DNA from: Myxococcota bacterium
GTDB lineage: Bacteria > Myxococcota_A > Polyangia > Nannocystales > Nannocystaceae
DNA length: 64,000 nt
Assembly (NCBI GenBank): GCA_039028615.1
Contig: JBCCHT010000001.1
Coordinates: forward strand, 352,001-416,000
Direction: 5' to 3'
Each line of letters begins with the position of its first letter. Within the stretch, counting starts at the first letter, position 1. Shown piece after piece: positions 26,462 through 35,638 of this stretch. Made by a program: the position numbers and the translations under genes. The notes under the pieces were generated by a model. It saw nothing but the letters and a program-made list of their open reading frames with translations, was not told the DNA's origin and made no database searches.

Positions 26462-27490
26462 ATGCAGATGCGAGCGTTGAACCTAGTATCGGTTGGTCTG
26501 CTCGTGGTTGGCTGCACCCGAGCCAACCCCCTGTATGACATGGGCATCGACACGGCGGGCGACGGCTCGTCCGACACGGGCACGCCGGATATGGACTCCT
26601 CCGGTGTCGCGTCCGAAGACTCGTCGACCTCCATCGACCCCGATCCCTCCGCATCCTCGGGATTCCCGGACGACGGCGGCGATGGCGATGACGATGACGG
26701 AGGTGTCGAGCCCCTCGATGCGGGGACGGGCGCCCCTGCGGCGGGGCCCTGCGACCGCCTGGAGCTGCTATTCGTGGTCGATACCCACGGCTCGTCGGGC
26801 GCAGGACGCATGATGCTCAACCAGACCCTCGGCACGCTCGAGAACGTATTCTTGCGCAACCCGGCCCAGCCCTGGCACGACGACTTCCGCGTGGGCGTGG
26901 TGCGGGCCAGCGACCTCGCCTCCGAGGGACCGTGCGCGAACTTTGGCCTCCACACCATGGAGGTCCGCGACGGTGAGCCCTGCGGCAGCGCCGTGAGTCC
27001 GTGGGTCAGCCAGGCCGACGGAGACATAGCCAGTACCCTGTCGTGCCTGGTCACCACCGCCGATGCGCCAGCGTCCTCAGCCCCGCCTCCCGTCGCGCTC
27101 TCGGCTGCACGCGGGCTCGGGCTCGAGGTCCCCAGCGACCGCCTGAGCTCCGACCAGCTGGCGGTCTGCAACGATGGCTTCGTCCGCGAGTCGAGCCTCA
27201 AGGTGGTGGTCATCCTGAGCGCTCGCGACGAGGCGGCAGGCGACACCGGCTCCCCGGGCACCCCCGAGCAGTGGGCCGAGTGGTTCAATGACCTCCAAGT
27301 GCCGGCCGATGGCAGCCGCGTCGTGCTCGTGCCCATCGTGCCGCTCGGCGAGGGCCTCAACTGTGTGCAGAGCACGATCGTCCTCGACTGGGCGGAGCGC
27401 CTCAGTCACGACGTGCCGATCGATCTCTGTTCCCTCGATGAAGGCTGGGTCGAGCAGCTCAGCGCGGGCGTCGAAGCGGCCTGCGAGTGA
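26462..27490 (+). CDS. Lipoprotein with vWA-like domain
   Basis: LLVVGC lipobox, acidic linker, LELLFVVDTHGS, LKVVVILS. Confidence 0.7.
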   Translation: MQMRALNLVSVGLLVVGCTRANPLYDMGIDTAGDGSSDTGTPDMDSSGVASEDSSTSIDPDPSASSGFPDDGGDGDDDDGGVEPLDAGTGAPAAGPCDRLELLFVVDTHGSSGAGRMMLNQTLGTLENVFLRNPAQPWHDDFRVGVVRASDLASEGPCANFGLHTMEVRDGEPCGSAVSPWVSQADGDIASTLSCLVTTADAPASSAPPPVALSAARGLGLEVPSDRLSSDQLAVCNDGFVRESSLKVVVILSARDEAAGDTGSPGTPEQWAEWFNDLQVPADGSRVVLVPIVPLGEGLNCVQSTIVLDWAERLSHDVPIDLCSLDEGWVEQLSAGVEAACE

Positions 27491-29069
27491 CGCCGAGGAC
27501 CAGCAACATCAGCCCCCACGCCGCAGCCCCGGGCGATCCGCTCGCCCGACACTCGCAGATTCCGCCGCTGTTGCCGTCGTCCTGTGCGGGCTCGGTGGTC
27601 GTAGCGTCGGTGGTGCCGCCAGTCCCCTGGCCCTCGTCGACGCCATCGAGCGAGGTATCGAAGCCGTCGGCATGGGTCCCGCCGTCGTCGGGGGGCGTGC
27701 CCGTCTCGTCGGACCCCGTGTCCTCGCCGCCCGTCTCCCCGCCGCCGTCGTCTTTGGGGAACTCCTTGAACTCCGCCGCGATCGACCACCCCGGGTTGCC
27801 CGCGGGATCGAAGCCGTAGGCCCCAGCATCGACCATCGCGCCTCGGGACAGCGTGTTGAAGTCGTCATCCACGACGTGGGCCGGGTCGCCGGCATCCACC
27901 AGGCTGCCTCCCGCCGCCGGAAACACGTCGATCGGAGGCGCACCGCCGAAGTGACCGTCGATGAAGTCGGCGACCAGGTCTCCGTCGACGTAGCCGCTGC
28001 CGTCACCACCCGCTAGCCCACCCTGCCCCACGTTGCCGGCCAGCGTCAGCTCGCTGGCGTCGCCGCCTCGGATGAAGATGGCGCTGCCCGTCTCGGCATA
28101 GACCGCATTGTTGGCGATGGTCACCGGACCCACCTGGTCGCGCAGCGAGATGCCGTCGTTGGTCGCCTGCACGATGGTGTTGTGCACCACCACCAGCCCA
28201 TCGGGCGCCCCGCTCTGATGGGACTGCATCGCGATGCCGTTTTGGTTCGCCGACAGGATGATGTTGTTGCGAATCACCGCGTCCGCCGACGACTGGATCC
28301 CGTGATCGCCACAGTTCCACATCACGTTGCGCTCGACGACGTTGGCGGGGCCGTTGCCCACCGCGCTATAGGTCAGGATGCACGGGTAGTTGGTGTCGTG
28401 AATGACGTTGTCGGCGATGACGTTGCCGTAGCTGCCCTCCTTGAGCTCGATGCCATCGCCCTGCGTGATGGTGGCGGGGTTGTTGGTGTGGTGCACGTAG
28501 TTGCGCTCGATGACGCTATTGGCCACCTGGCAGCCGTTGTCGTTGCACCCGAGGTACATGCCCTCGCCCGTATTGTTCGTGTCGTGGATGTGGTTGCCCA
28601 CGATGTGCAGCGCCTCGTAGAGCACCCCGCCGTCGTTGGCCCGTAGCGCGACGTCGTTGGTGTCGTGGATCTCGCAGTCGGCGATGGTGAGATGATCGGC
28701 CGCCGCGATGCGCACCCCGGCCGAGCCCCCGGAAAACTCGATGCCTCGCACCTCCACCCAGGAGGCACCATCGATGTCCATGATGTTCTCCGACGCGTTG
28801 GGCCGATGCAGGTGCGGCACCGCCCCGTCGGCGGCCCGAATGATGATGGGCTCGGCCTCGGTCCCCGCAATATCGAAGCTGAAGCGCTCCTTCAGCACGT
28901 ACATGCCGTCGGCCAGCACGATCTCGTCCCCCGGCTGCGCCCCATTGATGACCGACTCGACGTCGTCCGCCGGGCCCACCTCGATCACCTCGGCCGCGGC
29001 GGAGCGCGACAGCCCCACCGCCAGTATCCCCACAAAAAACCCAAGCGTCCGCACCATGGCCAAGACCAT
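27459..29069 (-). CDS. Secreted right-handed beta-helix protein with MYXO-CTERM-like tail
   Basis: Signal peptide, AQPGDEIVLADG, N(H/V)IHDT repeats, C-terminal CECRAS + TM + RR. Confidence 0.8.
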   Translation of the reverse strand: MVLAMVRTLGFFVGILAVGLSRSAAAEVIEVGPADDVESVINGAQPGDEIVLADGMYVLKERFSFDIAGTEAEPIIIRAADGAVPHLHRPNASENIMDIDGASWVEVRGIEFSGGSAGVRIAAADHLTIADCEIHDTNDVALRANDGGVLYEALHIVGNHIHDTNNTGEGMYLGCNDNGCQVANSVIERNYVHHTNNPATITQGDGIELKEGSYGNVIADNVIHDTNYPCILTYSAVGNGPANVVERNVMWNCGDHGIQSSADAVIRNNIILSANQNGIAMQSHQSGAPDGLVVVHNTIVQATNDGISLRDQVGPVTIANNAVYAETGSAIFIRGGDASELTLAGNVGQGGLAGGDGSGYVDGDLVADFIDGHFGGAPPIDVFPAAGGSLVDAGDPAHVVDDDFNTLSRGAMVDAGAYGFDPAGNPGWSIAAEFKEFPKDDGGGETGGEDTGSDETGTPPDDGGTHADGFDTSLDGVDEGQGTGGTTDATTTEPAQDDGNSGGICECRASGSPGAAAWGLMLLVLGVTRRPLRRPR

Positions 29070-29092
29070 AGCGCTTCTGCGGGCCAGGCGGG

Positions 29093-30673
29093 CTACTTCA
29101 GCATGGCCCGCAGCGCGCCGCGATCGATCTTGCCGTTGTCGTTGAGCGGAAAACGCTCCACGACCCGAACCTCGCGCGGAACCATGTACTTGGGCAGACG
29201 CTCGGCGACGCGGTCGAGCAGCGCGTTGGCGTCGAGCTCACCGTTGTCGATGAAAGCCACCACCGCCTCCGCGCCGCCGCTGGCCGCTGGGGGCCAGCCG
29301 AGACACACGGCCTGATCCAAGCCACCTTCTTGCCGGAGCACGGCCTCGATCTCGCCCAGCTCCACCCGGTAGCCCCGCAGCTTGATCTGGGTATCGATGC
29401 GCCCCAAGAACAAAAGCGGCTCGTCACCGACCGGCCGTCGCACGAGATCACCCGTGCGATAGAACATCTCGGTCTCCCCCGGCAGCACCACGAACGCAGC
29501 CGCGGTGCGCTCGGGGTCTTGCCAGTAGCCCAGCGCGCGCTGAGGCCCGGTGAGGGTGAGCTCGCCGGACTCACCGGGCGCAACCTCGGCGAGCTGATCG
29601 TCGACCACCTTGACCCGCATGCCGGGGAACGGCCCGCCGATCGGCACGATGTCGCCCTTCGTCTGCGCGCGAGCCTCCTCGTCCCAGCGATAGGTCGTAC
29701 ACGCCAGGGTCAGCTCGGTCGGGCCGTAGAGGTTCTCGACCGTGGCCGAGGAGGCAGCCGCCCCGAACGCATCGGCGACGGGCACGGGCAGCGCCTCGCC
29801 GCAGAACAGCGCCCAACGCAGCCCCGGGAACGAGTCGGGCTCGAGGGTTCGGGTCTCCTTCATCAGCAGCGCCGTCGAGGGAACGGAGAACCACACGGTG
29901 AGCTTGGAGTCGACGACGTACTGCGCGGGCAACAAGCGCTGTCGCATGGTCGGGCAGCACAGGCACCCGCCCACCTTCCACGCCGCGAACAAGTCGAAGA
30001 CCGACAGGTCGAAGGTCACGTCGAACAGGTGCGAGAAGCGGTCCTCGGGGCCCAGCTGGTAGCGCTCGACCACCACGTCCAAGAAGCGGCAGATGTTGCG
30101 GTGCGCCACCATCACGCCCTTGGGCTGCCCCGTGCTGCCCGACGTGAACAGCAGGTACGCGATGTCGTCGGCGCTGACCTTCGGCGCCTCCCACTTCGAG
30201 GCCTCGAGCAGAGCGTCGGGGCCGAGCAGCGTGTGGCGCGGGGCTCCGGCCGCGAGCTGCTCGTCGACCTCGGCATCGAGCAACAGCACGGTCAGCGACT
30301 GCGGCACCGCCTCGAGCACCTCGGGCAAGCTCCGCATCCCCCCGCGGTCCACCACCAGCGTGCGGGCCTGCGAGCGCTCGAGCATCAGCGCAATCCGGGC
30401 GGGGGGGAATGAGGGCAGCATGGGCACGTAGCCGTGCCCGGCCAGCAGCGCCCCGAGGATCCCCGCGAAGCCCGACGCGGTGCGCTGCCCCAGCACCGCC
30501 GTCAGCGGAGGCCCCTGGTCATCATGGTGGGCGAGCACCGTCGCCGCGATCGAAGCCGCGCGCGCGTGCAGCTGCGTGTAGCTCAGCGTCTCGTTGCCGA
30601 GAACCAGCGCCGGGCGCTCGGGATGAGCGGCCACGGCATCGATGAAGACCTGGGGAAGGCTGGGCGTGCTCAT
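29093..30673 (-). CDS. Stand-alone amino-acid adenylation enzyme (DltA-like)
   Basis: YLLFTSGSTGQPKG, FDLSVFD, FCGE, NLYGPTE, YRTGD, NGKIDR. Confidence 0.88.
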   Translation of the reverse strand: MSTPSLPQVFIDAVAAHPERPALVLGNETLSYTQLHARAASIAATVLAHHDDQGPPLTAVLGQRTASGFAGILGALLAGHGYVPMLPSFPPARIALMLERSQARTLVVDRGGMRSLPEVLEAVPQSLTVLLLDAEVDEQLAAGAPRHTLLGPDALLEASKWEAPKVSADDIAYLLFTSGSTGQPKGVMVAHRNICRFLDVVVERYQLGPEDRFSHLFDVTFDLSVFDLFAAWKVGGCLCCPTMRQRLLPAQYVVDSKLTVWFSVPSTALLMKETRTLEPDSFPGLRWALFCGEALPVPVADAFGAAASSATVENLYGPTELTLACTTYRWDEEARAQTKGDIVPIGGPFPGMRVKVVDDQLAEVAPGESGELTLTGPQRALGYWQDPERTAAAFVVLPGETEMFYRTGDLVRRPVGDEPLLFLGRIDTQIKLRGYRVELGEIEAVLRQEGGLDQAVCLGWPPAASGGAEAVVAFIDNGELDANALLDRVAERLPKYMVPREVRVVERFPLNDNGKIDRGALRAMLK

Positions 30674-30687
30674 GCGATGGCGAGACG

Positions 30688-32256
30688 TTACCCGTTTGCG
30701 CGGCGGTAGGCGACGTAGGCCTCCATGAGCGCTCGGTAGAACATCTCGCCAATCACGATCTGGCCGCTGTGGGTCACGTGGCTGAGATCGCCGCTGACCA
30801 AGCGCGGGTTCTTCTTGTACCAGCGGCCCGCGGATCCCTCGCCGCCCATGGCCATGAAGGTGTCGAAGAATGCGCATCCTTCGGCCTTGGCGGCCTCTCG
30901 CTGCGCCTGGACCATCCGCGGCACCACGGGCAGGGACTCGATACGCACGCCCTTGCGCTGGCCGTGGTCGAGGGGCGACATCACCAGGCAATCCATGTCG
31001 GGACGCGCCGTTCGGACCCGTTGGATGACCTCGCGATACTCCTTGGTGTAGGTCGCCATGGTCACGTCCCGGATCATGTCGTTCCCGCCGAACATGAACA
31101 CGGCGAGCTGAGGCTGCCGCCGCTCCAGCTGAGCCTTCAGGTGCTCGGGGTCGAACTCGAGCAAGCGCCGCGTGAACGCACCGACCAGCGCCAGACCGTC
31201 CCAGACCACGCCGGGACCGTCGCGCTCGAGCGCCACCCCGAACACGCGCACCCGGCCGCCGCCCGACGCCCGCACGGTGAGTTCGTGGTACCCGTCTTCG
31301 ACCTCGATGGCGTGGAAGCGGTCTTCGAGGGTCTCGGACGCGGTGTCGATGTAGATCGGCTCCTGATCGTCGACGACCAGCTTGAGCTTGCCGCCCCGGG
31401 GCCGCGCCGCGTAGTACAGATCGAAGCGCGAGACGTGGCCGGAGCTGTGCTTTTTGTCGGGCGCGAAGGAACTCTGCGCCCCGCCCGACGAGTAGGTATT
31501 GGCCCCCGACAGCCCGTAGTGCCCGTCGCTACGGCACTTCTGGATGATGAAGCACAGACCCCAGTTGTCGTTGTGGTCGAACTCGACGCCCTTGTGGCGG
31601 TACGAGGTGTTGGGGGGCGCCATGGCGTGGAAGCCATGCCCGGCGTCGCCGAAGCGTGCTTGCAAGCGCTTGCGGATGGCCCCTGGGATCCCGTCGACGC
31701 CGATCGCCGAGTCACCCCAGTGCACCACCCGGGTGACCGCCCCTTCGAGCGAGGCATCGCTCCGAGCCAGCGACGCGAAGAAGCGATCGAGTTCCTTGCC
31801 CTCGAACAGCTCCAGCGACTGCTCGACCGTCTTTTCGTCGTCGGGGTGCGGCTCGTAGGCGGGCAGCGCATCGCCGGGCTCGACCTCCACCACCTCGCGC
31901 TCGGCGACGATGACGGGCTCGGGTCCCTCCTGGAGGGCCTCGCGGGCGATGTCGTCGACCCGCTCGACCTTCTCTTCCTTGGCGGCGACGACCGCCTGGT
32001 CTTGGAAGGGCCGCTCGCTGATGTTCCAGAACGGCAGCGGGTCCTCGCTCGTCCACGGCCGCATGAAGGCCAGGTCGGGGACCACGTACACCGCAATGAG
32101 GCACGCCAGCACGGTGAGCATGGCGGGGCCGATTTGTACGAGCATGGAGGCGTGCATGCGCGAGGACTCTTCGTGCTCGCCGAGGGTCACCGTGCCCTCG
32201 CCGCGCCCGTCCTCGTCCATGAGCCCGGTGGGGCCCTTTGGTGCTTCGCTCGCCAT
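30688..32256 (-). CDS. SGNH/GDSL-family protein (PatB/DltD-like acyltransferase)
   Basis: N-terminal TM, HWGDS, FGGND, DLSH. Confidence 0.8.
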   Translation of the reverse strand: MASEAPKGPTGLMDEDGRGEGTVTLGEHEESSRMHASMLVQIGPAMLTVLACLIAVYVVPDLAFMRPWTSEDPLPFWNISERPFQDQAVVAAKEEKVERVDDIAREALQEGPEPVIVAEREVVEVEPGDALPAYEPHPDDEKTVEQSLELFEGKELDRFFASLARSDASLEGAVTRVVHWGDSAIGVDGIPGAIRKRLQARFGDAGHGFHAMAPPNTSYRHKGVEFDHNDNWGLCFIIQKCRSDGHYGLSGANTYSSGGAQSSFAPDKKHSSGHVSRFDLYYAARPRGGKLKLVVDDQEPIYIDTASETLEDRFHAIEVEDGYHELTVRASGGGRVRVFGVALERDGPGVVWDGLALVGAFTRRLLEFDPEHLKAQLERRQPQLAVFMFGGNDMIRDVTMATYTKEYREVIQRVRTARPDMDCLVMSPLDHGQRKGVRIESLPVVPRMVQAQREAAKAEGCAFFDTFMAMGGEGSAGRWYKKNPRLVSGDLSHVTHSGQIVIGEMFYRALMEAYVAYRRANG

Positions 32257-32258
32257 GG

Positions 32259-33905
32259 TCAGAACTGGAAGTAGATGAAGGCCCGCGGCTCGTCCTTCAT
32301 GAGGACCATCAGGCCGTAGATGATGGCGCAGAACACCAGCCCCGCGATGACGCCGGGGGTGCCGCGGAAGAGCCGACACGCGTAGTCATCGACCCACTTC
32401 TTGGGGGTGAAGTGATAGGCGAGGCCCAGGACCAGGGTCAGCCACACCCAGGGCCCGATGAGCCCGTCGCGGATCCCCAGGTTGTCGAACGCGAGCAAGC
32501 CCGAGATGTAGTCGCGCGAGGTCTGCAGGTCGGGCGCGCGGAAGAAGATCCGCGACAGCACCAGCAGGTGGAAGGTGAGCACCACGTGCGCCAGCGTGTT
32601 CAGCGGACCGCCCTGCAGGGGGATGAGGCAGATGAGCAGGGCAAAGCCCACCACGAACGCCGCCAGGATGAGCGCGTAGTCGACGGGCAGGTCCAAGAAC
32701 CGGTAGCCGATGCCGGCCACCACCGCGAAGGCCACCGCGCTGCCCAGCGTCCACAGAAGCAGCCGCTTGATCCACGGCGCCTCGCTGCGACGCATGCGGT
32801 TCCAGCGATTGAAGACCATCGCCCCGGCGTGGATGTTGGCGTAGAACACGAAGTTCCAGCTCGCGCCGTGCCACATGCCGACGAGGAACATCGTCAGCCA
32901 CACCGCGAAGTAGCCCCCCCGCGCGCCCAGGCGGGCCAGCACGGTGAAGAACAGGTAGTCCCGCAGCCAGGTGGACAGCGTCATGTGCCACCGTCGCCAG
33001 TACTCGGCGATGTCGCGGGACTGGTAGGGCCGGTCGAAGTTCTCGGGGATGGTGAAGCCCAGCATCAAGGCCAGGCCGATGGCGATGTCCGAGTAGCCGG
33101 AGAAGTCGGCGTAGATCTGCAGGGTGTAGGCGTACAGCGCCAGCAGCAGCTCGGCCGACGAGAACGTGCCCGGGGCGTCGAAGATGCGATCGGTGAGCTG
33201 GACCGCGATCCAGTCGCCGAGCACCACCTTCTTGGCCAGGCCTTTGACGATGCGGAAGGCGCCGACCTCGAGGTTGACCCGGGAAAACCGCGGCCCCGCG
33301 TGCAGCTGCGGCAGGAACTGCCGTGCGCGGACGATGGGCCCCGCCACCAGCTGCGGGAAGAACACCACGAACACGGCAAAGCGACGGAACGAGGGCTCCG
33401 GGTCGAGCTTGCCGCGCCAGACGTCGAGCGTGTAGCTGAGGCTCTGGAAGGTATAGAAGCTGATGCCCAGGGGCAGGACCACGTCGAGGTGGAAGCCCTG
33501 GACCTGGAAGCCCATGGTGCCGACGATGTCGGAGAAGGCCTCGATGAAGAAGTTGGCGTACTTGAAGTAGCCGAGCAGGCCGAGGTTGCCGACCAGGCTG
33601 GCCAACAGCCACAGGTTCTGGCGTCGCCGGGCGGGACCGCTGACCGCGGCGTCCTTGGACTTGCGCTGCTTGGCCACCGCGTGGATCTGCCGCGCCGCGA
33701 CGAAATCGAGGACGGTCGAGAACAGCAGCAGCCCGGCGAAGTACCAGGGCGCGGGTGGGGGCTCCGTCTTGGGGCCCGCCATGTAGAAGAAGTAGCTGGC
33801 CGCGAGCAGGAACAGGACCCGCGCCACGGGACGACCCGCGAGCGCCCAGAAGCCGACGAGGATCGGCAGGGCGAACAGCAGGAAGTCGAAGGTCGGGAAC
33901 AGCAT
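32259..33905 (-). CDS. MBOAT O-acyltransferase (AlgI/PatA/DltB-like)
   Basis: LPLGISFYTFQ, FSGYSD, WRRWHMTLS, GMWHGA, C-terminal FIYFQF. Confidence 0.92.
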   Translation of the reverse strand: MLFPTFDFLLFALPILVGFWALAGRPVARVLFLLAASYFFYMAGPKTEPPPAPWYFAGLLLFSTVLDFVAARQIHAVAKQRKSKDAAVSGPARRRQNLWLLASLVGNLGLLGYFKYANFFIEAFSDIVGTMGFQVQGFHLDVVLPLGISFYTFQSLSYTLDVWRGKLDPEPSFRRFAVFVVFFPQLVAGPIVRARQFLPQLHAGPRFSRVNLEVGAFRIVKGLAKKVVLGDWIAVQLTDRIFDAPGTFSSAELLLALYAYTLQIYADFSGYSDIAIGLALMLGFTIPENFDRPYQSRDIAEYWRRWHMTLSTWLRDYLFFTVLARLGARGGYFAVWLTMFLVGMWHGASWNFVFYANIHAGAMVFNRWNRMRRSEAPWIKRLLLWTLGSAVAFAVVAGIGYRFLDLPVDYALILAAFVVGFALLICLIPLQGGPLNTLAHVVLTFHLLVLSRIFFRAPDLQTSRDYISGLLAFDNLGIRDGLIGPWVWLTLVLGLAYHFTPKKWVDDYACRLFRGTPGVIAGLVFCAIIYGLMVLMKDEPRAFIYFQF

Positions 33906-34210
33906 GCGCGGAGATCGACCAGGTGAGGACGAGCGGAGCGCAGCTTGTCGTGGTCAGCGAGGGGGTGCGGAGGGTCGACAGAGCCGATCCCGTCGACCCA
34001 CGCCTGCGCGCCATTCCCGGGGCCGGCGGACCATAAATTACCCGAGCGAGCGGGGTCAAATCGGCCCTGGGGGGCCGCCCGAGGGAGATCTCGGGCGGAC
34101 GGCGATGCCGCGTCCACGCCGCGGAAGCCAGCGGACGGGCTCCATTGTCCGGCCGGCCGTTGCGAGCGCAGAGCCGCTCACGGCAAAGTACCGCGGCCGG
34201 ACCCTCGCCC

Positions 34211-35638
34211 ATGTTGCTCGATCATTGGCCCCGACCCCGTGGATTGGCCCGCGGGATGCTGCTCGCCGCGTTCCTCGGTGGGATTGGATGCTCACCGAAC
34301 CCGGAGACCAGCGCCGAGCCCGAGGCGGCGCCGGCCGAAGCGGCCCAGGACGCCCCGGCCGCGAAGGCGGAGCCGGTCGGCGCGGTGGAGCCGGCCGAAG
34401 CCGAGCCCGCGGCGGAGCCCGAGCCCGAGCCCGAGCCCCCTGCCCCCGCCTGGACCCCCCGGCCCGAGGATGTGGTCACGCCGCACGAGCCGCTGGTCAA
34501 TCCCGAGGCCCTGGCCACCTTCTACGATCACCTCGCGGCCATCGACGACGGAGAAGCCAAGGACGTGGTCCGCGTGGTGCACCTGGGCGCATCGATGATC
34601 GGGGCCGACGACCTGCCCGCGATCTTGCGCGCCAAGTTCCAGACGCGCTTCGGCGACGGCGGGGCCGGCTTGGTGCTGCTGCACCGCTACATGGCCAACT
34701 ACCTGCATCGGTGGGTCAAGATCTCGTCGTCGGGTTGGGACTCCTGCTACATCGCCTACAAGTGCAAGAACGACGGCCACTACGGCCTCGGCGGCACCAC
34801 GTTTTGGGCCAAGGACGGCGCCACGTCGACCATCTCCACCCGCAAGGACAAGGAGCTGGGCACCACCGCGTCGCACATCGAGTTCTGGTACCTGGCCCAC
34901 CCCAAGGGCGGTCGCTTCGACTTCCGCGTCGACGGAGGGTCGGTCGAGCAGATCGACACCCGCTCCGACGTGCTCGAAGATCGCTATCACACCGTCGACG
35001 TCGAGCCGGGGCCGCACAAGGTCCGGGTGCGCGCGCTCAAGGGCTACGGCATCGCACGAGGCTACGGCGTGGTGCTCGAGACGGCGGGCCCCGGCCTCGT
35101 GTGGGACCAGTTCAGCATGCTGGGCGCGTTCACGCGGCGCATGCTGCTGTGGGACGAAGGGCACATCGCCGGGCACGTCAAACAGCGGGACCCCGACCTC
35201 TTGGTGTTCACCTACGGGGGCAACGACACGCGGCGGGTCTTCACGGGCAAGCTCACCGAAGAGGGCTACATCGAGGAGTACGTCTCGGCCATCCAGCGCG
35301 TGCGCGCGGGCAAGCCCGAGGCCTCCTGCCTGGTCACCGCGATGACCGACCGCGCCAAGTCGCTGGAGTACAAGCTCCGTAAAAACGAGGTCGAGACCAT
35401 CGCCCATGCCCAGCGCAAAGTGGCCGAGAAGGCCGGCTGTGCGTTCTTCGACTCGTTCGGGGCGATGGGCGGCGCGGGCTCGCTGAAGAAGTGGCGCGCC
35501 AAGGACCCGCCCTTGGCCTCGGCCGACCTCAAGCACCTCAACCACCGCGGGCGGCTGCTGCTCGGCGGCTGGATCTACGACGCGATCATCAACGGCTACG
35601 TGGAGTACCGCAAAGCCAAGGGAGCCCCGGGCCAATGA
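34211..35638 (+). CDS. SGNH/GDSL-family lipoprotein, paralog of 30688-32256
   Basis: GGIGC lipobox, HLGAS, YGGND, DLKH; start uncertain. Confidence 0.78.
   Translation: MLLDHWPRPRGLARGMLLAAFLGGIGCSPNPETSAEPEAAPAEAAQDAPAAKAEPVGAVEPAEAEPAAEPEPEPEPPAPAWTPRPEDVVTPHEPLVNPEALATFYDHLAAIDDGEAKDVVRVVHLGASMIGADDLPAILRAKFQTRFGDGGAGLVLLHRYMANYLHRWVKISSSGWDSCYIAYKCKNDGHYGLGGTTFWAKDGATSTISTRKDKELGTTASHIEFWYLAHPKGGRFDFRVDGGSVEQIDTRSDVLEDRYHTVDVEPGPHKVRVRALKGYGIARGYGVVLETAGPGLVWDQFSMLGAFTRRMLLWDEGHIAGHVKQRDPDLLVFTYGGNDTRRVFTGKLTEEGYIEEYVSAIQRVRAGKPEASCLVTAMTDRAKSLEYKLRKNEVETIAHAQRKVAEKAGCAFFDSFGAMGGAGSLKKWRAKDPPLASADLKHLNHRGRLLLGGWIYDAIINGYVEYRKAKGAPGQ

Noticed and set aside
29093..30673. NRPS biosynthetic cluster
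   Set aside because: Single A domain with no C, T or TE domains; context is MBOAT/SGNH acylation
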